This document shows, piece after piece, positions 51,495-62,825 of a DNA stretch of 64,000 nt. The position numbers and the translations under genes are program-made. The notes under the pieces were generated by a model that was not told where the DNA came from, ran no database searches, and worked only from the letters and a program-made list of their open reading frames with translations. The stretch lies in NCBI GenBank assembly GCA_964270895.1, contig OZ185435.1. One strand, given 5' to 3'. This stretch comes from Podarcis filfolensis (lineage: Eukaryota). Numbering within the stretch: the stretch's first letter is position 1; each line of letters begins with the position of its first letter.

Positions 51495-52377
51495 TAAATT
51501 GCGTGAAAATTTAAATTTTAAAAAAATTATCCTGCCCCCAATTTTAAACCAAAAAGTATTTTAAAAATAATTTGAGGTTATCTCATAGGTATCTACACAT
51601 AACCAAAAAAAAAAAAAACCTGAAGAAAATATAAGTTGTGAGAGCACATGGCACCAGGTGATTTGGTGTGGAATGACCCTTTTAGAAATATAGGGTTGGA
51701 TTCAAGTAACCTGATCCTCCAGTAGAAGCCAGCACCAGGGTTCCTGGTAGTAAAATGGGACCAAAAAACAAAAACAAAAACCATAGTCTCCTATATTTCA
51801 CCTGTGAACTTTGCTCTGATCTTTAACACTGGGGAATGGGCAGTCAATAATACTTTAGGATAGACAATGGCAAAATGTTGACGATCCTTTTCTTTTTCTA
51901 TATTTCATTTATGTTTGTGTAGCCTATATGGTTTTTAGCAATGAAAAGATCAAGCTGATGTCCTGTCACTAACTGTTATTAGGCTGTTGCTCTGGCTTGA
52001 GGGTTATTTTAATTTAGCGACTGGTTTTTTTCTTTCTCTTTCTCAACTTGAACTGTTTTTCTGGGATTCACAGTGCCATCTAGAGGCCAGAGAATTTCCT
52101 GTTGCTGAGTTAGGGCTTCTGGAAAGTCAACAGCATGCCAAAGGGCCAAATTTTAGCCAGGAATGACGGCTTGTTCATTTTTACACAAATTGCCAAAACT
52201 CCTGATGGGGTTACACTCCCTCTGAAGGGAGGTGCTTCTGGATTCACTGCTGTCACCTGAGGCTCAGGTGCCCCCAGTGGCACAGAGTGCCTTCCATCAG
52301 CTCCTGCTGCTGGCCCACCTGCACCCCCTGTCTGGACAGGTAAAGCCTAACTTCTGTTGCCTATGCTCTAGTAACCT

Positions 52378-53082
52378 CTAGGTTAGATGACTGCAACATG
52401 TTATAAGTGGGAGTGCCTCTGAGGATGGTTCAGAAACTCCAGGTGGTGCTCACCAGAGCAAGACAGTTTGAGCATATTATACTGATCCTGGCCCAACTGC
52501 ACTGACTGCCAATTAGTTTCTGGGCCCAGTTGGAAGTGCTGGTTTTGACCTACAAAGCCTTAAATGGCTCAGGACTGAAATACCTCAAGGACTACCTATG
52601 CCCACATGAACCAACCCAAACCCTATGATTGTCATTTGTGGCCCTTCTTCGTGTGCCCCTCTGTGAGAAGTCTGGAGGTTGGCAACAGGCCGTTTCTGTG
52701 GTGGTTCCCCACTTGTAGAATGCTCTCCCCAGGAAGGCTTGCCTGGTGCCTTTGTGACATATCTTTAGGTGCCAGGCTATGGGCATAGCCAGGATTTGTG
52801 GGGGGGCAGGACTTTTGTTAGGGGGCAGAACCAACGCGATTGCTCAGTTAAGCATTTCTATTGTTTTACCCCCTCCTTGGCTACGTCCAAGCGCCAGGCA
52901 AAAACATTCCTCTTCTCCCACGCCTTTGGCTATTTGAACCATCTATATGACCTGTGAGGGGGTTATTGCTTTAGTTTGTTACTATGTTATGTATTTTTGT
53001 GTTTTTATATTGTAAGCCGCTCTGTGATCCTCGGATGAAGGGCAGTACAATATAAAAAATTAGTTAATAAATAATAATAATA
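52378..53082 (+). mobile_element. L2 LINE 3' fragment with (AAT)n tail
   Basis: Degenerate ORF2 C-terminal motifs (LHWLP, VLVLTYKALNG type) and an aataaataataataa end. Confidence 0.75.
52778..52891. mobile_element. hAT-type MITE nested in an L2 fragment
   Basis: Imperfect TIR TATGGGCATAGCC / GGCTACGTCCAAG; near-TSD tgccaggc / cgccaggc. Confidence 0.65.
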
Positions 53083-53734
53083 ACGTGCCCCCTGTGGATC
53101 CAGACGGTAACGCAGCTGGTTGGCGGATTTAACACTCCGCTCTCAGGGATTTCTCCTCAAGCGCTAGAAATTAGCACACCGAGGGGGAAACTCCGCTTGA
53201 AACCAGCTGGTGGTTTCTCCCGCTTCCCCAATGCAAGCTGAAGAGGCCGGGTGTCCAGTCTGGATTCCGTTAAGGGTTTCTCTCTCCTTCCACACGCGTT
53301 ATGGCTCCAATCCGTGCCCCAGAAATACGTAGAGAAAACTCCCTAGTCTCCAAAGCACAACTGTATGTCGAGCCTAGTGGGCACCATTTCCGCGAGGAAG
53401 AGGCGCGAGGAGGAGCTGGGCTTTCCACGGAGGAGCAATTACAAAGCGCCCCCTTCCTCCTCCTCTGCTCCAAACAAGTGTCCCCCTTAGTCCGCCTTAC
53501 TCTCGTTAGTTAGCGTCCACCTCGCCCCTTGTCACAAAACTCGCTTCTCCAAGAGAGGGGGAGCGGGTGGCTCGCTTGTTTCCACTTGTTTCCCCCGGGG
53601 CGAGAGCGACCTCCGCGCTCTCTCCCCCAAGCAGGAGCCGAACTCACGGCGCGAGTCGCCCTGCGGCTGCCGAGCGGCCTTTAGAAGCAGCAGCAGCTGC
53701 AGCAGCAGCGACGCCCCTCGCCCGCTCTGTTTAC

Positions 53735-53825
53735 CTGCCGGCTGGAGGACGACGACGCCACAGAGGAACACCGAAAAGCCGTGCAGGAGGCACCTGCGGG
53801 CCGCCAACCCACCTCCCCAGTCCAT
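53735..53825 (-). CDS. NCR3LG1: B7-H6-like gene exon 1: signal peptide MDWGGGLAARRCLLHGFSVFLCGVVVLQPA
   Basis: ATG in CCCATGG context inside a CpG island; hydrophobic stretch; phase-1 donor GCAG|GTAAAC matches the next exon; symbol from synteny between KCNJ11 and NUCB2. Confidence 0.75.
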
Positions 53826-53904
53826 GGGTCTCGCTGGTGAGGCGCGGTTTTCCTTCCACGCGAAGAACTCGCCAGGGTCCCACAATCGACTTTCTCCTGT
53901 GAAA

Positions 53905-53917
53905 GGTTTCGCTTTCC
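53905..53917 (-). promoter_or_regulatory. IRF-E/ISRE-type motif GGAAAGCGAAACC
   Basis: Exact fit to the IRF-E consensus GAAA(G/C)(T/C)GAAA(G/C)(T/C), 80 nt upstream of the predicted ATG. Confidence 0.6.
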
Positions 53918-56900
53918 CTTATGAGATTGCGAGCTTTGGTTGTATTTGGACCTGACACAGATAGTGGACAGGCAGGGGGCAGCCGCGAAACTTAAAATCG
54001 CACGGAAGCTTCGCATGGTCAAAAAGTCAACTTCAACATTTCTCAGGCAGCTGAGGAGTGCTCACGAGTAAGCCGGGTTAAAATACAGGAGGTAAACAGA
54101 AAACCAAACAGGCACAGCACCTCAGCAAATCTCACAAATGGTTGACAGCTCAACTTAAGCCTAAGCTTGAGTTTAAGTAAAATCTCAACCCATAGCCCCC
54201 TACAGTCCTGAGTATTCAATTCATGCTCCAAGTCTCTCTTCCCCCCCATATAGGCTTCTGGTTTATTGTCTCACATTGACAACAAATAAACTCTGTGTTT
54301 TTCTCCAATTGCTGGTTGCTTCAATACATTTTCTGTAGTAACCAACCAATAAATGTAATAAAGATAATAATAAACGTTAAACATCCTTGTTTATGATCTA
54401 CAGTGTTATTGTTTTTAATTCTGCCAAACATAACAATGCTGCCACAACAATCACTGGAAGAAGATGCTCTTAGAGGACCCAAAGCAACTGACTATGAATT
54501 CAATATAATTTATACCTCATGTATACAAAGTAAGGGTGAAACAACATTCTGCATACAAATATTGCACTGGGAATAACACAGATATGTACAACTTTGTTAT
54601 ACTATGCATCTGTTGGGATGCCCAGAGCATCTTCTTTGCAGGTGGAAGGTCCCAGGCTCAACCCCAGCATCTCCAGGTAGGACTGAGGGAGACACTGCCT
54701 GCCAGTGTAGACAGTACAGAGCTACATGGGCAGTGGCTATGTGCCAAAGAACTCTTGCTGAAAAGTTTCAATGTGAGGCAGGGTGAAGGACAAGGAAACA
54801 TAGTCTCCATGTCATAAACCAAAAAGGAATTTAAAAACAACCTTCATGAGACTTGGGCCACCATCCTAAATATTCCTTTTTAGAGAAATGAGTGGCACTA
54901 AAAACAAATGAACAATACTTTGAAGAAAATGCATTTAGGAATGAAGCACCAAACCATGGAAATTATGTCTTATACCAAGTTTAGGGCTAATTTCTTTTAG
55001 CCGGGGAGACAAGAATGATTAAACCTGGGAATTTCACGATGCAAACCATGCCCAGCATCACTGAGTTCTGATCAGAAAACTTTGCAGGATAGGAATTTTG
55101 CCTCTTACCAAGGGAAGTGAACAATCTTTGCCAAGCTCTCTGTCCCCATACAAAAACAGTAACCATGTCTACTCAGAAGTCAGTACTCAATTTAATGGGG
55201 CTTACCCCCAGGCAAGTGGTTAGCATTGCAACTTGGTAATACTTTTTGTGTCATAGTTTTTTTATACTTGGGGGTGGGGGAAAGTCCCAAGCATAAGATT
55301 TGTTTATAAAACAAACAATTGAACAGAAGCTGCAGATTCATTTTTAATGTTAGATTAATAATACTATAGGAACCTTATTTTAATTCTTCCAGATACATTG
55401 GTTGTGTCTGATATCATCTGCATTCAGCATGGTCATAGCCTCTTATAAGCATTATAAATTATGAAGTAGTTTGAATAGCCTGGCCCATACACAGCCATGA
55501 CTGTGCCATATTTCCTTGTAGAACGTGGTTTGGCTCACAGCAGTGATAAACGAAACACCATAAATTCTGTATCCTGAACATTTTTAAAGCTTCTTGATTA
55601 TAAAATGCAATAAGCTTTTGGAATCATACTGCAACCCAACTTTTTATTTTTGTCATGTGATTTTATTTATAATCTTAAAAGAGGGATGTATGCCACATAA
55701 AATTTAATGACAGAATGCTTTTTTGGTCTGTATATACTTGTGAGGCCACAAACAAAATACAGAAGATAACTTTCCAACAATTTATTAGGTGAGCCTCAAG
55801 AAAGGATCACAACCTGTATTTAAGCAGCTGTCTAATGTACTGTTTCAAGTAAAACTGTAGAGAAATAGCTTTCCTCCGGGAACTTCTTTTGATTCTCATG
55901 TAGGGTCTCCTGTATGGGTAATATGAATTAAGTCATGGGTATCAGTCCAATAATCCTGTTCCATCGCACCTTGTATATAATCCAACTAGGAAGGCACTAT
56001 GCATGGTTGCAGTTGCCTCTGCTGGCTCTTCTACTGCCCATCGTGGGCTGTGGAAAAAGAAGTCTAGGGCTACAGAAAGACAATTCAGCCTATAGATCAG
56101 AACTACATTGCCATATTCATTTCAGGACCATAAAAAGGAAAGAGTGGCTGACACCGAGCAGGAGTAGGAGATGACAAGAAGCAAGAAGGCAAAATTCAGT
56201 TAAGATAATGGAACTTGAAAAAGGGAAGCACAGGACGGGTTCATAGGCCACTCTGACCATGGGCTGGTTCCATGGAAAGGCTGCCCACCTGGCCTCTCTG
56301 ACTCCAAGAAGCCACCTGTGTGTATTTGCTATCTGTTTTGAGATGTGCTCATATTATGACATTTGTGGTTTTATTAAAGGAGAATTTGGTGCATGGCAGT
56401 AGTCACACACTACCGGTTCATCAAGGGCAGGGAAAAAACCTGCACAGGTTTTTTCAAGTATCCACTACATGCTTAACAGTCTTATGCAAACTGTGCGCCA
56501 AATTCTCCTTCCCTAACTTTTGTATAGGGAAGGCCTGCCTTTCACTTTATCTCTGCAAATATAAATAATTCTGTTATAGCAAAACAGCCAATTTCCTGGA
56601 AACAGAAATCATTACAGTTGTTCAATATTTTAATAGCCACCTCCTATTTCTGCCCCATCAGCACAACCATCAGAAAAAAATACTGTCCTAAACGAATGTA
56701 GTTTTCAGACCTCATTTTTAAATACTTTGTATCCAGTCTTAATGCCACTGTCATTCCATTTGCTTCAGTAGTCTTTGAATCAAAATTCAAGTAGGAACAA
56801 CACAGGAATAAAGAATGCCTTTAGGAGTCATGTTCAAAGGATAAACTGGGTTTCAGCTGTAATGAACTGGATGCTTGTTTTTGAGCTAAAATGGTAAAGA

Positions 56901-58129
56901 ACTCTTAAAGCCATGTTGCTCTTAGCCAAGTTCACAGAAAAACAAAGGGTTATGTGGAAAAACTTGAATTATTATTGAAGATGCTGGCTTCAGGCTTCCA
57001 TGAAAATATCCACATCTAAACTGCATGCCTTTTAACGTTCAGGTAATCATACCCAGTGTTAATTAATTTTAGCTTAAACTCAGAATGCAGCTTCTGAGAA
57101 CTGCTGTTTGTAACATACTGATGATTTTCAAAGGAGTTGTTTACAGCAGGAGCCAAGCTGTTTTGTCCAGGAAAAGACAATGAGAGGTCTTTGCTCATTC
57201 TGCAAATACACTTTATCATCAAAAGAGCTCACTTTCATAGCTCATAAAGGGATAAATGCAACTGGCATATTATGAAAGGAAGTAGGACAAAAGTATCTTC
57301 TTCATAGCTGACTTGCAGGGGATGTAGCCAGCTGACACACTGCATTCGGTTTGCAACAATAAGGATGGCTAAATCAATACACTTCAAATTCACTATTTCT
57401 GTTGAAGGCTTCTTATACTGGCATTCCTAGGCATATTCACTATTGCCTATTACTCCCTGCTGCAATTAGACTTCCTTTTTTATGTGCAGAATTTATTGAA
57501 ATCAGATCACAGGTGGTTTCTATTCATTTGGTCTCAAAGACCAAAGAGATTGGGTCGGGGGAACCCACCCTCATTCACTACACCATCCTAAATTCCTGCT
57601 TTCCATTGTTGGCACTTTTAGGAAAATATTGTCATAGACTTGTGTCTTGATCAAGCAAACTTCCACTTTACACCCACCGACAATAAAGACTGTCGGCATC
57701 ATGAACATTTACAAAAAAAAGTAAAAGATTTGTGCCTCTTATCTTTTCCCTCATCAGTGAATCTTCTGGCAGATTATAAAACATATTTAATTTAACCATG
57801 AAGTAGGTGGAGATTTTCCAAGGCACAAATGATGGACAGCCAGCCAAATTACATTGAAGTCAAACAATAATGTTTTCCTGAGGATAAAATCTGGATGATA
57901 TCCTTAAATCTAGTTACAAAATTAGAATATTTTAATATACCCTTCTCACCTGAAAGATCGGCAGCTTTATAAACCTGCCTTGTATCATTTGTGCCTTTGA
58001 AAGTCTTCATGAATCCAATGATTTGAAATGGGGATTTTAAGCTCAATTCCCAATTTGTTTTTACTACTCTGAACACATCCCCTCCCACTTCTCTCCCAAA
58101 ACTATGGTACAAATTTGAGGCACATGTGG

Positions 58130-58254
58130 TTAAGGGTGAGACTGAACGTGATCTGATCCTGCAGCTGTTTCTTGTACTGGTATGCTTCCTGGTGGTAAAG
58201 GCTGACTGCCTCCCGCAGGATGATTTTGAACATTTCCAACTGGTTGTGATGCAG
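58130..58254 (-). CDS. NUCB2: NUCB2 putative last coding exon, P/G/Q-rich tail PASQPVGNVQNHPAGGSQPLPPGSIPVQETAAGSDHVQSHP*
   Basis: Strong acceptor tttgtgttacag|, phase 1 matches exon 13, open to TAA. Confidence 0.75.
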
Positions 58255-59018
58255 CTGTAACACAAAATACGAAAAACAAAGGTTAGTTCTGTTGAACAAT
58301 TACCTGGTAATCCAAATCTCAGAAAGTGTGGTTTTACATATTATAGTAGACTCAAATTTTACATGGGGGTTACATTACAGGGGGTTATGCATAAAGCTGA
58401 AATCACATATAGTCAAAACGTCCCCAAAGGTTATTAGAGCAGAACTCCACATATTTATGGTACTAGATATTTTTTTCCTTGCATAAAATCACCTTTCAGA
58501 GAACAAAGAAGGTCTGCAGTATTTGCTTGTTCATTTATGTGCAGTAAGATTTTATAGCTCCATTTTCAATGGTATTTTCAATTTCAATGGTATTTTCCAT
58601 TTTCAATGGCTCTCTTTTATGAAAATGCATCTTTCCCCCCCTCTCACATACAAAGACACACTTGCCCAAATTATATCTCTCTCTTTCATGTACAGCTGCT
58701 AAGAGATATATTTGGAGTTTGTATGAAAGGTGCCCCTATTTCATAGTAAAACATGATAGATTCTTTCATTTGAATTATCTGGCAAGGAAAGTATTTGGGT
58801 AGGGGTTTAGTTTCAGGCATCCAAGTGTTCAAACATGTTACATTCCAATCTAATGGGTTGGAAGGCTCCTTCTCTTATTTGCAGTAGAATATTAAGTGCA
58901 AAGCTATAAATTTGGTTCTGAATCGCACTGAGGGCATAAATAGTTTTTCTCACAAGCAATGAACACCATCATCAATAATATGTGTGTGTGTGAGAAAGAG
59001 ATTAATTAATTTACATAC

Positions 59019-59100
59019 GTGGCTGGAATTTCAGTTCTCCACCCGGTCCCGAAGGAGGATGTCCTTGCTGTAACTTCTTCTGTTCCATTTGTTGGACAGC
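59019..59100 (-). CDS. NUCB2: NUCB2 exon 13 equivalent
   Basis: AVQQMEQKKLQQGHPPSGPGGELKFQP; 82 nt; C|GTATGT. Confidence 0.95.
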
Positions 59101-59186
59101 CTGTTGGGCAGTTACAAACGTACATGGAATGAAATGGAAAATAGGTAATCCAAGGTGTATCGGGGTGTTAATTTCATGCAATAAAG

Positions 59187-59187
<1 letters not shown>

Positions 59188-59230
<43 letters not shown>
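59188..59230. repeat. (TA)n microsatellite in a NUCB2 intron
   Basis: Direct inspection. Confidence 0.95.
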
Positions 59231-59232
<2 letters not shown>

Positions 59233-59445
59233 TTGAATATGAACATCCATATAGTTCTTGTGTATCACAGTAAAGTCTGCAACAAAATGCCTTCTTAAAT
59301 AAACTCAGCTTTGCATGGATTCTTCTTTTCTCTGGAACAAGTCCTCCCAAATCCAATAATCTAGTTCAGTACTGTGCAACATGCAGTAACTTTACAGTTC
59401 TTTAACACAGAATATCACCAGCACTTTATACTGCTGCTAAAAAAA

Positions 59446-59580
59446 ATTGCACTGGCTGCCAATTAGCAACCAAGCTATTTTTAAGGTGCTGCTATTGGTA
59501 CAGGTACTGGTGTATAAAGCCCTATGCAGCTTAGGACCACAATACCTAAAAGATCACTCCAACCTTTTGAGGTCTGGTAT
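59446..59580 (+). mobile_element. L2 LINE fragment in a NUCB2 intron
   Basis: LHWLPISNQAIFKVLLLVQVLVYKALCSLGPQYLKD. Confidence 0.75.
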
Positions 59581-59729
59581 GTCTGAGCAGCAGACCAAAC
59601 TAACATGCATTCCAAAGACAGTATACTTTCAGAACAAGAAATGATAATTTGTTCTGTTCTTACTAAACAATAAATACAATGAATTCCGTATCTATAACCA
59701 AAGGAAATTTGCAGCTATTCAGATGGTAC

Positions 59730-59900
59730 CTGCTGGAGTTCTTGTCTCTGAGCTTGAAGGTGGTCGTGTTGCCTCTGTAGTTCTTCTTTCCTTTTCTGAA
59801 GTTCTAGTGCTTGCTTGTTCAGTTCATCTTCTTGCTGGGAAATGTGACTTTCAAATTCCTTCAGATCCTCTTCAGTGAAGACCTGTTGTTGGTCCAGGGT
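59730..59900 (-). CDS. NUCB2: NUCB2 exon 12 equivalent (leucine-zipper coiled coil)
   Basis: TLDQQQVFTEEDLKEF...LQKRKEELQRQHDHLQAQRQELQQ; 171 nt. Confidence 0.96.
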
Positions 59901-61227
59901 CTTAAAAACAACAGGAATAAAGCACAAACCCCTCAAAGAAGGTTCAATGTTGAAAAAATTAAGAAGCAATTCACAAATTATTCTATAGACCCACCTTTTG
60001 AAATATGTGTGCAAGATACAATATTTTTTATGATGATCCGAAGTTTTGATAAAGAGCAGCATTTTACACTAGCTAAATTCTTACCAGAAAGGGGGGGGGG
60101 GTAGAATAGCAAGGTTCCTCAAGCGCCTCTCCTTTTTCTAACAAGTTCCTGATCTTTGTCCATGCACAATTCACACACCTTGACAGGAACTTGACTTTGA
60201 AAAGACTAAGGGTCTGCCCATTGGAGTGATAAGGAAAATCATCAGCCTGCAGCATTACCTAGCTTTTCCCCACAAGAGGGTCCACACAGGACCTCCTGCC
60301 AGCAGAAACACTCTCCCCAGGAATCTTCTGTATAGGAAGATCTGTGCTTTTTAAAGACAGTTGACAACATCAGACTTTCAAGAAGTGATCATTTGCTGAA
60401 CAGTGCACACACAATACAGGAGCAGTATGCTCACACCTTTTGGTGCTGTATGTTTTCCTCTGCTCCTTCACACCCCCACCTTCCTACATACATAAGCCGT
60501 GGTCCAGAAAGTGCCACCCCCACTTTGTTTTAATGTATTTATGTGAGGAATTTTGGGGGGGTTGGTTGGTTTTGTGTTGCTTTGTGTTGCCTTGAGCAAG
60601 ATAAAGCGACTAATAAGTTTAATAAATAATAAGAATGGAAATCTGCTTATGCATATGGATTGTATTTGTGGTAACAGTGCAATTATCTGCTCTATGCTGC
60701 TGGGCTTGAATTTCCCCACACTCTTTCTCACTTAATGTGAAGTGCAACAGAATCTTGTTTGCCAAAGAGAACTCCTTCTGTGCTTATAGAGATATTACTG
60801 TAAGGAAGACAGCTTCCAAGCATACAGGACAGCATTACAGCACTTAACAGTTCTCAGTTTCTTTCAGGATCTGGGAAGAAATGGCATAAACCTGACTTTA
60901 TAAAAAAGATAACACAATTCTCTCTCTGTATTTCCAATATAAATCGCTGACTGCTCTGTTCAAAGAATACTGCAGTCAAAATGCCTGTGCTTATTCTATT
61001 TCAAATGCATGCACAAACATTAAGATTGTCCCATAAAGTAGCATATGCACAGTGTCCTTGGACTCACTGTTCAGATTTTATTTTGATAAAGTCGCTAATA
61101 ATTAAGCACAGATAAATACAACAAAGAAAGGGGGAAGAGAATCAAAGGCTTTAGACAAACCGACTACTTGTGGTTTGGGTCAGGATGGTGGTTGCAGCAT
61201 GTTCTACTTTAAAAATGGCCGGATTAC

Positions 61228-61317
61228 CTCCCAGCTTTCTGGCTCCAAAAACTCTTTTTTCTCTGTAGCTCTCAAGAATTCTTCCAAAGTCACTAACCGG
61301 TCCTTGTTGATGTCAAC
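61228..61317 (-). CDS. NUCB2: NUCB2 exon 11 equivalent, EF-hand 2
   Basis: VDINKDRLVTLEEFLRATEKKEFLEPESWE; 90 nt; GAG|GTAATC. Confidence 0.96.
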
Positions 61318-61880
61318 CTTTTATAAGAGGTACAAGCGGATAAGCACACTTTAGGTCATCAAACTTGCATTTGTATCCAGCATTTCAAAAGATGAATCAG
61401 CACACAGTATTTTAATGTTACAGCACAGGCACCGCATTATTCTGAGGGGGAAATGATGACTGAAAACAAAGTCGTCAGTGTGGCCAAATGAAATCCCCTC
61501 CTAAAACACTCACTCACAGCATAATCCAATGCATGTTTACGGTACTCAGAAGTAAGTCCTAATGTGTTCAAAGGGCTTCTCCTATGTAAGGTCCACACAG
61601 TTAATTCTTGAGAGTTCTTCAAAAGCTTGGATTCCTCACTGAAAATACTATACAATGTTACCAAGCAACTATGTGTATTTCATCCAGTCCTAATTTTTTA
61701 ATGTCTAAGGGTCAGAATGCATTAGTGCCCACCACAAGGGACACTGCCATCCTAGTGATAACATTTTAGAATTGCTTGTCACTGTGACTGTCACCATCCT
61801 TATGTGAGAATTTCATATTCCCACTAGCAGCTGCCTGGAACAGACCAGGGATATAGAGACATTAGGGTGTGAAGTGTGTG

Positions 61881-61882
<2 letters not shown>

Positions 61883-61922
<40 letters not shown>
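61883..61922. repeat. (GT)n microsatellite in a NUCB2 intron
   Basis: Direct inspection. Confidence 0.95.
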
Positions 61923-61925
<3 letters not shown>

Positions 61926-61995
61926 AGATGAATGTGGTAACAAAAGGGTTTTGCCTACTACAATTATTTATAAAAGAGTGATGTTTTGGCCTCAC

Positions 61996-62088
61996 CTCAT
62001 TCATGACATGTTCTCTCATTCGTAGCCTCTCTTCTTCCATTTCTACCATGTCATCTTCTTCATTTTTGGGATCATAGACTTTCTCTAG
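61996..62088 (-). CDS. NUCB2: NUCB2 exon 10 equivalent (acidic region)
   Basis: [31 protein letters not shown]; 93 nt; canonical AG/GT. Confidence 0.97.
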
Positions 62089-62766
62089 CTAAAACAGAAG
62101 CAAATACATCACTGAACATAAGGAATATGCTTGAAACAGATTATCCATCCCTGTTATTGTTTAACTATATAAATACGTCAAACAGAGTTGGCTTCTGTTT
62201 TCAAATCAAGAAATTACTGCTTTTTATGCCAATGTACAATACATATTGGTACAAAATCAGTTTGAATTGAATTGAAGTCTTTTGGCTTATCCTCTTCAGA
62301 CTGGACCAGTATATCAACTTTCCAAATTTTGAACTTATCAAGACATTTGGGCATTGGTCCACTCTGTATGTACAGATATGTAAAAGCCCCTTGCATTTCT
62401 ATGCCTAGACACTGGAAATATGCATGCCAGGTAGCTAGTCCCAGCCTGAATATGAAATCAATAGCTAATTTAGTAAATGGCATCAGTTCCTGGTATGAAG
62501 TTTTTATGTTTTGCCCTTGCATCTATAGGTTTTAGCAATGGACTTTCAAAGTGTTGAAAGTAACTATCTCATATTGCTCCCTATTCCAGAATATATTGTT
62601 TTTCCTTGAATAATTGACCTGGGTTTTTTTAAAAAAAATATTTAGGCTTTAACATATCTTTGGTGGATACATAAATATTACCAGTGCTGCCATTTTTATA
62701 TAGACAGAAGCCCTTAAATATCAACTAATTGTAAGGAAGAGTTTCCATGTAATGTGCATCACATAC

Positions 62767-62825
62767 CTCTTTAGTAAACAGGGCTTCTAACTCCTGCTCA
62801 TCCAGAAAATGATCATTATTGACAT
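62767..62825 (-). CDS. NUCB2: NUCB2 exon (human exon 9 equivalent), EF-hand 1
   Basis: tttatag|AT; DVNNDHFLDEQELEALFTKE; 59 nt; GAG|GTATGT. Confidence 0.95.

Larger units (their letters stand above)
53085..54080. promoter_or_regulatory. CpG island at the 5' end of the B7-H6-like gene
   Basis: GC- and CpG-rich block around exon 1; boundaries approximate. Confidence 0.75.

Noticed and set aside
53950-54022. MRSFRAILSFAAAPCLSTICV as an alternative signal exon
   Set aside because: No good phase-1 donor; the exon at 53825-53735 has a strong G|GTAAAC donor and better hydrophobicity.
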